From the NCBI GenBank assembly GCA_018716015.1, contig DVKM01000036.1, positions 1,566-65,565 of the forward strand: a stretch of 64,000 nt of DNA, written 5' to 3'. Under the pieces are notes generated by a model that searched no databases, had not been told where the DNA came from, and worked only from the letters and a program-made list of their open reading frames with translations. A program made the translations under genes and the position numbers. Below are positions 27,476 to 37,471 of this stretch, one piece after another; the first letter of the stretch is position 1; every line of letters begins with the position of its first letter. The stretch comes from Candidatus Enterenecus stercoripullorum (lineage in GTDB: Bacteria > Bacillota > Clostridia > Oscillospirales > Oscillospiraceae).

Positions 27476-28648
27476 TCATTTTTCATCCTTGGCCGCCAGC
27501 CGCTCCAGAATCCACACCGCTTTGCCATCGGCAGACTGGCCGTCCCGCAGGTCTTGGAAGCCCAGGGCTCCCCAAAACCGGTGCCCCGCTTCATTGTCTT
27601 TCCGGCAGGCCAGCCGGATGCGGTCCATCCCCCCGTCATAAGCCGCGCCGGGCAGAGCGGACATCAGCCGCTTGCCCAGGCCTTTGCCCTGCAAGCTGCC
27701 GTCCACCAGGAACAGGCCGATCCACAGGGTCTGCTCCCGGGGGTAGCCCTCCACCCAGTCCAGCACCGCCTCCGGCTTTCCGTCCCGCCAGAAAACCACA
27801 TCGTGCTTTTGTGAACGGGCGCACCGGGGGGGCAGAGCGGCCAGGTCTTCCCGCAGTCTGTCCAAGTCCGGCCGCCTTCCGTCCAGGGCAAGATAATCTG
27901 GGGCGCTTTGCAGCAGCGTGAACACCGCCTCCAGGTCTTCCTCCTGCACCTCCCGGATGTCCCACTCCGGCAGGCGGCGGCGCAGCCCTTCCAGAACGGG
28001 CACATCGGGCAGCTCCACCTTGGTACCCACACAGCGGTTGATGGGCGTGCCCAGGCTGTGGAACTTCTCCTCGTAGTCGGTCATGATTCCCTGGACGCCA
28101 TTGGCGTGGAGGTCCCGGGTGACCTCGGACAGTTCATAGCCCGCCTTGGGGAATTGGAACAGGGACCACTCAAACAAGTCGTGGTTGTCTGTCTTGAACT
28201 CGATGCGCCCCCCGTCCCGGAGCACCTTCCGATACCCCCGCAGGAAGGGCTCCGCGGTCAGCCGGCGGCGGGCGTGCTTCACCGACGGCCAGGGGTCACA
28301 GAAGTTGATGTAGAGCAGGTCCACCTCATCGGGGGCAAAATAGTGGTCCAGCGCGGCGGCGTCCCCGTCGATGAAAAAGACGTTGGTCAGCCCCAGCTCC
28401 CGGCACCGCTCCATGGCGATGACCATGGCGTCGGGCACCCGCTCCACCGCTACATACAGGTCTGACCGGTGGGCAGCGGCAGTCTCGGCGGTAAAGCGGC
28501 CCTTTCCGCAGCCCAGCTCCAGCCGCAGCCGCTGGGCGTCCGGCTTTTTCTCCCGCCAGCGCCCCCGCATCTGCATGGGGTCCTTGACCCATAGGGCCGC
28601 ACAGGCCTCCATCCGCGTGTCCAGATTCTTCTTCTTTCTCATCCGCAT
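27476..28648 (-). CDS. trmB: tRNA (guanine-N7)-methyltransferase fused to a C-terminal GNAT domain
   Basis: ELGCGKG, NFCDPWP..KH..RRLT, FKTD and TDYEEKF, followed by a GNAT (WIGLFLVD..LQGKGLGK...N..G..FW..LGF). Confidence 0.9.
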   Translation of the reverse strand: MRMRKKKNLDTRMEACAALWVKDPMQMRGRWREKKPDAQRLRLELGCGKGRFTAETAAAHRSDLYVAVERVPDAMVIAMERCRELGLTNVFFIDGDAAALDHYFAPDEVDLLYINFCDPWPSVKHARRRLTAEPFLRGYRKVLRDGGRIEFKTDNHDLFEWSLFQFPKAGYELSEVTRDLHANGVQGIMTDYEEKFHSLGTPINRCVGTKVELPDVPVLEGLRRRLPEWDIREVQEEDLEAVFTLLQSAPDYLALDGRRPDLDRLREDLAALPPRCARSQKHDVVFWRDGKPEAVLDWVEGYPREQTLWIGLFLVDGSLQGKGLGKRLMSALPGAAYDGGMDRIRLACRKDNEAGHRFWGALGFQDLRDGQSADGKAVWILERLAAKDEK

Positions 28649-28794
28649 GGTAGAGGTTCACCTCACATTAAAATCGCCCTTCAGTATACTATAAAGGCTT
28701 GCAAAGGGCAAGATTATCATGTATAATATATGGGCCGCTTCCTTGAAAGCGCGCATTTTACTGCCGGCATGGCGCCATGTCGGGAACTGAATAT

Positions 28795-28870
28795 CCGGGT
28801 GTAGCGCAGTTGGTAGCGCGCTTGCTTTGGGAGCAAGATGCCGGGAGTTCGAGTCTCCCCACTCGGACCA
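28795..28870 (+). tRNA. tRNA-Pro (TGG)
   Basis: CCGGGTG/CACTCGG acceptor stem; CTTGC-TTTGGGA-GCAAG anticodon arm; TTCGAGT T-loop; encoded CCA. Upstream TTGCAA-N17-TATAAT. Confidence 0.97.
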
Positions 28871-28908
28871 AAATCCGTCGAAATCTTGCGATTTTGACGG
28901 ATTTTTTA
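28871..28908 (+). terminator. Terminator after tRNA
   Basis: AAATCCGTCGAAATC-TTGC-GATTTTGACGGATTTTTT. Confidence 0.75.
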
Positions 28909-28975
28909 ATTTTTACAGCAAAACTATTCTATTAAATTTCACTATCCATTTTCACTTTTCTTGAGGAGCCGAAAT

Positions 28976-29548
28976 ATGGTGATCGAGACAAAACGGCTGA
29001 TCCTGCGCCCCTTTTTAAAAGATGATGCGGCGGATGTCTACGAATATTTGAAAGAGCCTGCGGTCAACTGCTTTGCCAGCATGAAACTGCACACCCTGGA
29101 CGAGGCCTTGGCAGAGATGAAAAAGCGTCTCAGTGAGACGGAATACTATTTCGCCATCACTCTGAAAAGCGACGGCAAGGTGATCGGGGAAATCGACGCC
29201 TATCCGGAGACGGATGAACCCCACGCAGATGAGGACGCCGTGCGGGACACCTTCAGCCCCTGCTGGATGCTGAACGAGAACTACCAGGGCAAAGGATATG
29301 CCTTCGAGGCGGCACACGCTTTCTTTGATTATCTCTTTTCCCAAAAGGGGGCCAGGCGCATCTATGCCTATACAGAGGACTACAATCTTTCCAGCCAGCA
29401 CCTATGCGAGAAACTGGGCATGCGACGGGAGGGCGTGTTCCTGGAATTCATCTCCTTCGTGAACAATCCCGACGGCACACCCAGGTATGAAAACACGGTG
29501 CAGTATGCCATCTTGAAAAGAGAATGGGATCGGCAGCAACTCAGGTAA
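28976..29548 (+). CDS. GNAT N-acetyltransferase (RimJ/RimL-like)
   Basis: IETKRLILRPF, YQGKGYA.EA and N.SS..LCEKLGMRREG motifs. Confidence 0.9.
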   Translation: MVIETKRLILRPFLKDDAADVYEYLKEPAVNCFASMKLHTLDEALAEMKKRLSETEYYFAITLKSDGKVIGEIDAYPETDEPHADEDAVRDTFSPCWMLNENYQGKGYAFEAAHAFFDYLFSQKGARRIYAYTEDYNLSSQHLCEKLGMRREGVFLEFISFVNNPDGTPRYENTVQYAILKREWDRQQLR

Positions 29549-29781
29549 CTGATCTCTGTCCGTGTTGCGGTATGCCCCTGGGGGATGCCAATGATATGAA
29601 TACCTCCCTTTGAAACTTGCGATTTTCAGGGGGAGATATTTTGTCATACCGATCCGCTTTCGACAATGACCATCCACAAGTAACTTTGGCCTGCGGATGT
29701 CTTGTTTCTATCACCCCAGCGCCCCCGCATCATCTCATACCATTTCGCCGCCGTCATTCAGGCACACAAGGAGAACGAATT

Positions 29782-30192
29782 ATGATACGAGAGGTCTGCA
29801 AAAACGAAGCATTTCTGGCCCGGAAGGCAGAACTCGCCACGCCGGACGACCTGCAAGTGGCGGCCGATCTGCTGGAGACCCTGGAGCACCACAAAGACGG
29901 CTGCGTGGGCATGGCGGCCAACATGATCGGTGTGAACAAGCGCATCATCGCCTTTGACAACGAGGGGACCTATATGGTCATGTTCAACCCTGAGATCCTC
30001 AAAAAGTCCGTGCCTTATCAGACGGAAGAGGGCTGCCTCTCCCTCACCGGCACCCGCCCGGCCCGGCGGTGGAAGACCATCAAGGTGCGCTGGCAAAATG
30101 AGAAGTTCCAGGAGCGTCTGAAGACCTTCACTGGCTGGACAGCCCAGATCATCCAGCATGAGATCGACCACTGCGAGGGCATCATCATTTAA
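29782..30192 (+). CDS. def: Peptide deformylase (short form)
   Basis: GMAANMIG, EGCLSL and QHEIDH motifs. Confidence 0.92.
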   Translation: MIREVCKNEAFLARKAELATPDDLQVAADLLETLEHHKDGCVGMAANMIGVNKRIIAFDNEGTYMVMFNPEILKKSVPYQTEEGCLSLTGTRPARRWKTIKVRWQNEKFQERLKTFTGWTAQIIQHEIDHCEGIII

Positions 30193-30209
30193 GTAAGGGG
30201 GCGCAGCCT

Positions 30210-30668
30210 GTGAACATTGCCATTCTCTCTGACACCCACAGCCTGCTGCGGCCGGAAGTGGTGGAATACCTGAAAACCGCCGACGCCATCCTCCACGCCG
30301 GGGACATCAACCGGCAGGAAATTGTGGACCAGCTTCGGCAGTACGCACCGCTGTACATCGTTCGGGGCAACAACGACAAGGAGTGGGCGGAAGACATTCC
30401 CCACCACCTCACCGTCACCCTGGGCGGGGTGTCCTTTTACATGGTTCACAACAAAAAGGAGGTCCCGGCGGACCTCCCCAGCATCGACGCGGTGGTGTTC
30501 GGCCACTCCCACAAATATCTCCAGGAGGAGCGGGGCGGCCTTCTCTGGCTGAATCCCGGCTCCTGCGGCCCCCGGCGGTTCCACCAGGAAATCACCATGA
30601 TGATGGCGGAGGCGGACAGCGGGACCCTGCGGGTGGAGAAGATCACCATTCCCCACGAGACGGCATGA
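30210..30668 (+). CDS. YfcE-like metallophosphoesterase
   Basis: SDTH, HAGD, GNND, GHSH and NPGS motifs. Confidence 0.92.
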   Translation: MNIAILSDTHSLLRPEVVEYLKTADAILHAGDINRQEIVDQLRQYAPLYIVRGNNDKEWAEDIPHHLTVTLGGVSFYMVHNKKEVPADLPSIDAVVFGHSHKYLQEERGGLLWLNPGSCGPRRFHQEITMMMAEADSGTLRVEKITIPHETA

Positions 30669-31174
30669 TGGAACTGGGCCTGACCTTCCCCCTCCAGCGG
30701 TTTTTGAAGCGGAGACCGCCGCCCTATGGCACCGAGCCAAACCGGCGGTTCTGCTGGGACCTCCATGTCATCACTCTGCGGGGGCGCAAAAGCCTGCTGG
30801 CCGTCCACTGCCACAGCCGGTACGCCTTCGTCCGCTATGATGTGACGCCTCTCCAGTGGATGGACCTGCCGGCACTGTTCCGAGAGGGACTTCTGGACAG
30901 CCTCACCGCCGCCGGCTTTTCCCAGGAGCTGGTGGCAAACTATCTGGACTGGGCGGGAATGATGGATGTGACCCGCACCCATGGCCGCCGGGAGGTGGCC
31001 TTTCTCAACCGGGCCTGGGAGGATGTGCTGGCATCGGACCTGTGCCTGGACACAGACCGGCAGGCCCAGCCCCTGCTGGATCACGCTGTCAACACCCACC
31101 CCAGCCGATGTGCGGGCTTGGATGGTTTGGGGACCGGGCTGGAGCGGATGGCCGAACTGCTGGAGGGCCGGTAG
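30665..31174 (+). CDS. DUF6933-like protein
   Basis: ATGA overlap with the upstream gene; FCWDLH.I..R.RK.LLA.H..SRY pattern. Confidence 0.65.
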   Translation: MMELGLTFPLQRFLKRRPPPYGTEPNRRFCWDLHVITLRGRKSLLAVHCHSRYAFVRYDVTPLQWMDLPALFREGLLDSLTAAGFSQELVANYLDWAGMMDVTRTHGRREVAFLNRAWEDVLASDLCLDTDRQAQPLLDHAVNTHPSRCAGLDGLGTGLERMAELLEGR

Positions 31175-31299
31175 GGACGATGTGGCAAGCAGTTGTATTA
31201 TCTCTATTGAAAAGTAGCATGATTGATTCAAAAAGTTTTCAGCGAGGCGTGGCGCCATGGAGATCAAACGGGGCTGCCGCACCGGTCTGAAGCAAAGAG

Positions 31300-31456
31300 T
31301 GTTGCTTTTGCCGTCCTCCGCCAGGATGGCGGCAGACTCCCATTCCAGATAGAGCGCCCCGCCGTCCACCGCCGTGAACTGGCACAGAAAGGCCAGCAGC
31401 CCCGCCCGCAACACCAGAAAGGCCAGAAAACACCCCCAGCGGACCTCCTATTTCAT
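31300..31456 (-). pseudogene. Remnant of a secreted or membrane protein gene (stop at codon 3)
   Basis: TATAAT and AGGAG upstream. Reads ATG AAA TAG, then EVRWGCFLAFLVLRAGLLAFLCQF (hydrophobic). The 3' end is undefined. Confidence 0.4.
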
Positions 31457-31639
31457 TCCCCACCGTCTCCTTTTTCTCTACCCTCCATTATACACCTGAT
31501 GGAAGCATCCCAGACAAGGGATTTTGGATAATCGACACGATTTGGCGCATAAACGGCACATATAGCGGGAGTTTTTGCGATATAAAATTGGAAAATGCCG
31601 CCCCCTCCCAGTCTCAAGCTGGGAGGGGGCGGCGTAACG

Positions 31640-33865
31640 CTATCTTCTTTTCCGGCTGCCCTGCCCGGCCAGCAGCTCCAGCAGCAGCCGCTCGTTCTCC
31701 CGGGCCGCCTGGGCCAGCTGCCCGGACTTCTCCCGCAGCCGCTCCAGAGTCCCGCCGTAATCGGCCATCAGCCGGTCCACACAGGCGATCGCCTCTTCCT
31801 GGTCAAAGCGCTCCACATGCCCCGCCGAGGGCATGTCCAGCTCCTTCAGGTAGCTGTCCACCTTGGGGTCGTACACCAAGCCCACACAGGGCACCGCCAT
31901 GCGGGCGGCAAAGATCAGCATGTGCAGCCGCATGGCCAGGCACAACCTGGCCTGGCCCAGCACTGCCATAAGCTCTTGGGGCGTACAGGGGACATCCAGC
32001 AGGTAGGATGGCCCGGCCATGGCCTGGCGCACCTGCTCGGTGGCCGTCCGGTCCCGCTCCGGCTGCATCATCAGGAACAACACCTCCAGGCCATAGGCCC
32101 GGCGCAGGTGGTCGCACACTCCGGCCAGCTCTTCCGGGAAGGCCCCGGTCCCCGGCCAGCTGCGCACCGACACCACCGCGAAGTCTCTGCCCTGGGGCAG
32201 GCCGGCCTGCCCCGCCAGCTCCCGTCCCCGGGCCTGGGGGGCAGGGGACAGGTTGAGTACCGGGTCCGCCGTGATGTGCAGGTCCGCCCGTTTCACCCCC
32301 ATCTCCCGCAGTTCCTGCCCGGAGCTGTGGTCTCGCAGCGTGACCAGCGCCGAGCGCTCCACCGCCCGCTTCACCCGCCGGCGGTTGGCCGGCTTCTGGA
32401 CCGGGCCGATGCCGTTTGCATAGAGCATCACTGGCTTGCCCAGCAGCTGGGCGGCCCGGATAACTGCCAGGTAGTACATCAGAGACCGGGTGGAAGTGCG
32501 ATCCTGGAGCAGGCTCCCGCCCCCGGACAGCAGCACATCGCAGCCGCGCAGGGCTTGAAATACCCGCCACGCCCGGAACCGGGGCTCCGCATGCACCCCG
32601 CACAGCCGCCGGGTCTGATCGGGGTCGTTGGACAGCACCGTGATGGATACCTCGTCGCTGGCCGCCCGGATCCCCTGACAGATAGACTGGAGGATGGCAT
32701 CGTCCCCGGCGTTGGAAAAGCCGTAATAGCCGCTCATCACCACATGGTAGCGGCGGCGGCGCACCTGATCGTACACCTTCAGGCAGTCCTGGGCCATCCG
32801 GCGCACCGAGTAGTCGCTCAAAATCACCTGGCGGCCATACGCCCCCAATTTTTCCCGCTCTCCGGCAGGCAGGGCCAGCGCCGCCAGCACATCCTCCCGC
32901 AGGCGCTCCGGGTCGGACATGGGAAAGCCCCGGCAGCAGAAGTTGCCCTCCCGGGCCCGCTCCATCTGGTCGGGGGCAAACAGGCCCTGGTAACCCTCAT
33001 TGCCCGCCAGGATCACCGGCTTGGCCGCCGCCATAGCCTCCAGCGCGGAGCGGGACACTCCGACGAACAGGTCTCCCGCCGCCACAATCCGGTTGATGTC
33101 CGATCGGGGGCCGGTCATGACCACGCAGGCGCGTCCCAGCTGCTCGTTCACCCGGTCCGCCTGGGCCTTGACCTCCTCAAAGACGTTTCCGCCGCCGGTG
33201 ATGAGGATCTGGATCCCCGGCGACGCCTGGTCCAGCTCCCCGGCAATGGCCACCAGCTGCCGGGCCACCAGGGCACGATCCTCGTCCATCCGGCTCACAT
33301 AGCAGATCACCGGCCGGGCCGGATCCAGCCCCAGCTCCGCCAGCACCCCCTCCCGGGAGACGCTGGGGGAAAACTTGTCCGTGTCGATCCCGTTGACGGT
33401 GACGGTGATGTGTTCCTCGGGCAGATGGTACTCCCGCATCAGGTAGACCTTGATGTCCTCGGACACCGCGATGGTGCGCTGCCCCCAGTTGGTGAGGTAG
33501 CGCAGCACCCCTCGGTTTTCAAACACCCAGTGGGCGGTGGTGACAAAGGGAAAGCGCAGCTTTCGCTGCAGAGTACCGCACAGGAAGGCGGGGATCCTGG
33601 CATGGGCGTGGACCACGTCGGGCCGCTCCCGCCGGATGATCTGTCCCAGGAGCTTTCTGGAGCGGAGCATACACCCCACGTCCCGGCGGTGCATGGGAAC
33701 GCTGTAATGGCGGATGCCCACCGTCTCGATCTCCGGGACGTAGATCCCGCCGTTGGAGGCCACGATCACGTCATGTCCCTGGGCCTTGAGCTGTTTGGAC
33801 AGCTCCACGATGTGGGTCTCCGCGCCGCCGATGTCCAGCCCCATGGTCGCCATCAAAATCCGCAT
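31640..33865 (-). CDS. csaB: GT4 glycosyltransferase fused to polysaccharide pyruvyl transferase CsaB
   Basis: N-terminal GGAETH, HAHARIP and ALEAMA; C-terminal SGYYGFSNAGDDAIL, GGGSLLQD.TS.RSL and MRLH..IFA. Confidence 0.92.
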   Translation of the reverse strand: MRILMATMGLDIGGAETHIVELSKQLKAQGHDVIVASNGGIYVPEIETVGIRHYSVPMHRRDVGCMLRSRKLLGQIIRRERPDVVHAHARIPAFLCGTLQRKLRFPFVTTAHWVFENRGVLRYLTNWGQRTIAVSEDIKVYLMREYHLPEEHITVTVNGIDTDKFSPSVSREGVLAELGLDPARPVICYVSRMDEDRALVARQLVAIAGELDQASPGIQILITGGGNVFEEVKAQADRVNEQLGRACVVMTGPRSDINRIVAAGDLFVGVSRSALEAMAAAKPVILAGNEGYQGLFAPDQMERAREGNFCCRGFPMSDPERLREDVLAALALPAGEREKLGAYGRQVILSDYSVRRMAQDCLKVYDQVRRRRYHVVMSGYYGFSNAGDDAILQSICQGIRAASDEVSITVLSNDPDQTRRLCGVHAEPRFRAWRVFQALRGCDVLLSGGGSLLQDRTSTRSLMYYLAVIRAAQLLGKPVMLYANGIGPVQKPANRRRVKRAVERSALVTLRDHSSGQELREMGVKRADLHITADPVLNLSPAPQARGRELAGQAGLPQGRDFAVVSVRSWPGTGAFPEELAGVCDHLRRAYGLEVLFLMMQPERDRTATEQVRQAMAGPSYLLDVPCTPQELMAVLGQARLCLAMRLHMLIFAARMAVPCVGLVYDPKVDSYLKELDMPSAGHVERFDQEEAIACVDRLMADYGGTLERLREKSGQLAQAARENERLLLELLAGQGSRKRR

Positions 33866-33878
33866 GGCCGCTCCCCTC

Positions 33879-34397
33879 TCACCCTTCGGACGCCGCTGCG
33901 GAAATCTGGATGTCCATCACCCGTCCGGTGAAGCTGGCGTACTTGGTGGTGAAGGCCCGGTTGGTATTGACCCCCAGGGCATAGACCCGGTTGAGCAGCA
34001 CCATGCCGTCCGGTTCGATCAAGGCATCTGCCTGGATGGTCAGCAGAAGGTCGTAGTACCCCTCCGCCGGCACCATGGCCACGGTTCCATCAGATAGAGA
34101 GGCCTGATAGGTGCCGTCGCTGACCTGGATGTGGGTGATCTGGCCCAGGGAGCCGCCGGTGCTGCGGGCCTGGTCAAAGAGTTCATCCCCCACCTGAATG
34201 GCGTCCAGCATATACTCCGGCTGGTTCTGCACCCGCATGGTATAGACCACCGGCACGGTGGACACCGTGGTCCCCGTCTGGGGCATCCGGGTCTTGGTGA
34301 ACACAGCAGCCACCAACACCGCCACCACCAGCAGTACGATCACATCGACGATACTGATCTTGCCGAACAGGCGGCCGTCCCGATCCATCAGTTTCAT
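33879..34397 (-). CDS. DUF4330 family protein
   Basis: D.DGRLFGKISIVD followed by a TM segment, typical of DUF4330. Confidence 0.8.
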   Translation of the reverse strand: MKLMDRDGRLFGKISIVDVIVLLVVAVLVAAVFTKTRMPQTGTTVSTVPVVYTMRVQNQPEYMLDAIQVGDELFDQARSTGGSLGQITHIQVSDGTYQASLSDGTVAMVPAEGYYDLLLTIQADALIEPDGMVLLNRVYALGVNTNRAFTTKYASFTGRVMDIQISAAASEG

Positions 34398-34903
34398 TCC
34401 GCCACCTCCCTGACAATCTGCGTCACCCTTCCGCTGCCCAGATAGCCCGGGCCGCGCACATTGATGGTCTGCCCCACCCGGAAGTCATAGCCGCCGTCCA
34501 GCAGCAGCGCGTCGCCGCTGCCGCTCTCGGTGCAGGTGCTCTCCACGGTGATATAGACGTCCTCATAGCCCTCCAGCACCGCGTCCACATAGCGCCTGGT
34601 CTCCTGGTTCAAAACCTGGACCACGGCGGGCTGGGCGGTGACGGAGACCACAGTGCCCAACCGGTAATTCTCCACGGTGTCCTCCAGGGCGTCTCCAGGC
34701 CGGATCAGTTCGCTGTTTCCCTCCGCCATCCGAGGGATCATGATGGTGTACTGCACCGGGCGGGCGGAGGGGACGGCCTCCGCCGCTCCTCCCGACCGCA
34801 GGCCGAACCAGATCAGGGCCGCGCCGGCGGCCAGCGCCAGCACCAGGATGATGGCGTCAAACAGGTTCAGCCGCAGGCGGAATTTGGGATTACTCTGTTC
34901 CAT
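34394..34903 (-). CDS. DUF4330 family protein
   Basis: RLNLFDAII plus TM; G.Y..RVG motif; paralogue of the neighbouring gene. Confidence 0.72.
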   Translation of the reverse strand: MEQSNPKFRLRLNLFDAIILVLALAAGAALIWFGLRSGGAAEAVPSARPVQYTIMIPRMAEGNSELIRPGDALEDTVENYRLGTVVSVTAQPAVVQVLNQETRRYVDAVLEGYEDVYITVESTCTESGSGDALLLDGGYDFRVGQTINVRGPGYLGSGRVTQIVREVAE

Positions 34904-36020
34904 GGGTTTCTCCTTTCAGCACGTCAAGGTATACTCGCTCCACGTTCCTCGCGAAAATTTCTCCGGTGAACCGGGCCTGGAACCGCTCCCGGGCCCGCCG
35001 GCCCATGCGTTGCTTGGTCTCCGGCTGGTCCATCAGCCGGGCGATGCAGGCCGCCAGGGCTCCGCTGTCCCGGCTGGGGAAGATCAGGCCCGTCTCCCCG
35101 TCCTCAATGATCCACGGGTTTCCCCCGTAGCTGCTGGCGATGGTGGGCAGTCCCAGGCTCATTCCCTCCAGCAGGGCCAGGCTGGTGGCCTCTGTGCCAT
35201 AGGAGGCGTTGAGCTGTACGTCCAGCACCGACAGCACCGGGGCCACGTCCGGCTGGAAGCCCAGGAAGAACACCGTGTCCTCCAGCCCCCGGCGGGCAGC
35301 CTCCCCCCGGAGTTCTTCCTCATAGCTCCCGGTGCCGGCCATGAGGATCTGGAGCCTTCTGCCCTGCTCCTTCAGCCGCTGGGCCGCCTCCAGGATGTGA
35401 AGATGGCCCTTGTAGGGCTCCATCCGGGCCAGGATGCCGGCGGTGAACACCCCCTCAGAAAGGCCGTATTTCTCCCGCACAGCCCGGCACACCTCCGGGG
35501 CGCTGCGCGCCACCGGGGCCACTCCGTTGAGGATGACGGTGACCCGCTTGGGGGAGATACCCGCATCGGTGAGGTTTTCCGCCGCGGCTGGGCTCACGGC
35601 GATGATCCGGTCGGCATAGTGCTCGTTCACCCATTTGTTCACCCACCGCCCTGGTGGATAGCGCAGCTTGGCGCTCACGGGAAAGACGGAGTGGCGGGTA
35701 TAGATCACCTTTTTCCCCCGCCGCCGGGCGGCGATGCGCCCGGACAGGGAGCCGTGGGTGTGGACAATGTCCGGCCCTTCCCGGCGGATGAGCTCCTCCA
35801 GCGCCTTCACATCCTCCCGGTGGTAGGAGCGGTCCGCCATCCCCTTCACCGGAAACACCCGAGCCCCCGCCCGCTCCAGCGGGGGGATCAGGGCGCTGCC
35901 CTCCGGCACGGCCACCCAGGTCTCAAACCGGCTTTTGTCCGTATAGCGCAGGTAGTTTAAAAGCACCCGGCCCGCGCCGCCGATGTTGGTATCGCTGATG
36001 ATGTTCAATACCCGAATCAT
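34890..36020 (-). CDS. Glycosyltransferase family 4
   Basis: IGGAG, HTHG, AR.EPYKG and EATSLALLEGM motifs. Confidence 0.92.
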   Translation of the reverse strand: MIRVLNIISDTNIGGAGRVLLNYLRYTDKSRFETWVAVPEGSALIPPLERAGARVFPVKGMADRSYHREDVKALEELIRREGPDIVHTHGSLSGRIAARRRGKKVIYTRHSVFPVSAKLRYPPGRWVNKWVNEHYADRIIAVSPAAAENLTDAGISPKRVTVILNGVAPVARSAPEVCRAVREKYGLSEGVFTAGILARMEPYKGHLHILEAAQRLKEQGRRLQILMAGTGSYEEELRGEAARRGLEDTVFFLGFQPDVAPVLSVLDVQLNASYGTEATSLALLEGMSLGLPTIASSYGGNPWIIEDGETGLIFPSRDSGALAACIARLMDQPETKQRMGRRARERFQARFTGEIFARNVERVYLDVLKGETHGTE

Positions 36021-37468
36021 GCCCCGGCCCCCCTCTCCGGCAGCAGGCCCCGGCGGGCCACCAGCGCCCCCAGGGCCACAAAGACCCAGAACAGTAGCAT
36101 GACCCGGTAATTGTAAAAGGAGTAGTCAGTCATGGCCTGGACCAAAAATCCGCCCATACCGGCAAGGACCGCCGCCTGGTGCAGGCGGCTGAAGGAGTCC
36201 TTCTCCCGGCAGAAGGCGGCGCACAGGTCCCGGAAGAAGTGGAAGAGCAGGAGCAGGAATACCACCAGGGCGATGATCCCGGCGTCACACACGATCTGTA
36301 AAAACAGGTTGTGGGAATGGGGGGCCACAATCTCATTGTAGCTGTAACGGGGATATACCAGGTTGAAGGCCGCCTCTCCCGGCCCCACGCCGCACAACCA
36401 GTAGTCCCGGAGCATGTCCAGCGTACCCAGCCAGATGGACAGCCGGTAGGAGGTGGAGGTGTCCCCCAGGTTTCCAATGCTGGTAAACCGGGCAATCACC
36501 GTGTCCGGCAGGACAAAATACAGCGCGAACAGCGCCAGGGGGGCCAGCAGGAGCAGCCTGGGCTGCAAAAGCAACAGGAAGAGAAAACCCGCCAACAGCA
36601 GCCCCAGCCAGGCGCCCCGGGACAGAGTGAGGAGCATACACACGCACATGATGGCGCAGCAGCACAGGTAAAACACCCGTTTCCCCCAGTCCCTGGCCGC
36701 CAGCAAGCCGGCTCCCCCCAGGGGGATGACCAGAATCAGATACTGTCCCAGCATATTGGGATTGCCCAGGGTGGAGGGCACCCGGAAGCTGATGTCGCTG
36801 AACATTTCCGTGTCTATCCAGGACTCCGACTGGTAACCCCAGCCGAACAGAAACTGGCAGATGCCGTACAGCGCCACCGCCGTCCCGGCCAGCACCAGAG
36901 CCAGCAGCAGGGCGTCCAGCTGGGTGCGGGTGGTGATAGAATTTTGCAGCACCAGGGCAAAGAGGACGAACGCCACCGTCAGAACCCCGCCCTGTAAGCT
37001 GCCGGACAGGGTGACGGAGAACAGGGTGCCCACCAGATAGATCAGCGCGTAAAGCCAGATATAGCGGTTGAAGGAGGCGTGCCGCAGCTCCAGATCCCCC
37101 CGCTCCATCAGCCGGATCAACAGGGAGAAAAAGCTGACCAGCACCAGGCCCAGCACCGCCATAGTAGGCAGGATGGGGGCCAGCACCGCCGCAGCCCCCG
37201 CCCACAGCCAGCACTTTTGAAAAATGCTCCCGGCCAGCGCGCGGTCCAGCCGCAGCCCCCGGTAGATACGGCATAGCAGCCTATGAATGGCCCGCCACAG
37301 CCGGGTGAACACACTGCACTGCGACTCGGCCATCTCCCGCCGATGGGGCGGATGGATGAACCATTGAATCAGCCCGCTCTTGTGCCACTGCGCCCCAAAC
37401 CACTGACACAGGGCTGCCAGCACCCGGTAGAGAACGCTGGCCTGTACGATCTGCTGTACTTGTTCCAT
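36017..37468 (-). CDS. O-antigen ligase/polymerase family membrane protein
   Basis: R.PSTLGNPN, T.SRGAW, YR..IW and HSHNLFLQ motifs. Confidence 0.88.
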   Translation of the reverse strand: MEQVQQIVQASVLYRVLAALCQWFGAQWHKSGLIQWFIHPPHRREMAESQCSVFTRLWRAIHRLLCRIYRGLRLDRALAGSIFQKCWLWAGAAAVLAPILPTMAVLGLVLVSFFSLLIRLMERGDLELRHASFNRYIWLYALIYLVGTLFSVTLSGSLQGGVLTVAFVLFALVLQNSITTRTQLDALLLALVLAGTAVALYGICQFLFGWGYQSESWIDTEMFSDISFRVPSTLGNPNMLGQYLILVIPLGGAGLLAARDWGKRVFYLCCCAIMCVCMLLTLSRGAWLGLLLAGFLFLLLLQPRLLLLAPLALFALYFVLPDTVIARFTSIGNLGDTSTSYRLSIWLGTLDMLRDYWLCGVGPGEAAFNLVYPRYSYNEIVAPHSHNLFLQIVCDAGIIALVVFLLLLFHFFRDLCAAFCREKDSFSRLHQAAVLAGMGGFLVQAMTDYSFYNYRVMLLFWVFVALGALVARRGLLPERGAGA

Positions 37469-37471
37469 ACT

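Noticed and set aside
16997-31450. Two in-frame TAG codons suggesting TAG recoding or pyrrolysine
   Set aside because: TAG ends several intact genes here at their natural ends (WYL, DUF6933, SLH protein, MoxR), and no pyl genes are in the window.
28795-31600. Intact integrative element at tRNA-Pro
   Set aside because: I found no integrase and no duplicated tRNA 3' end.
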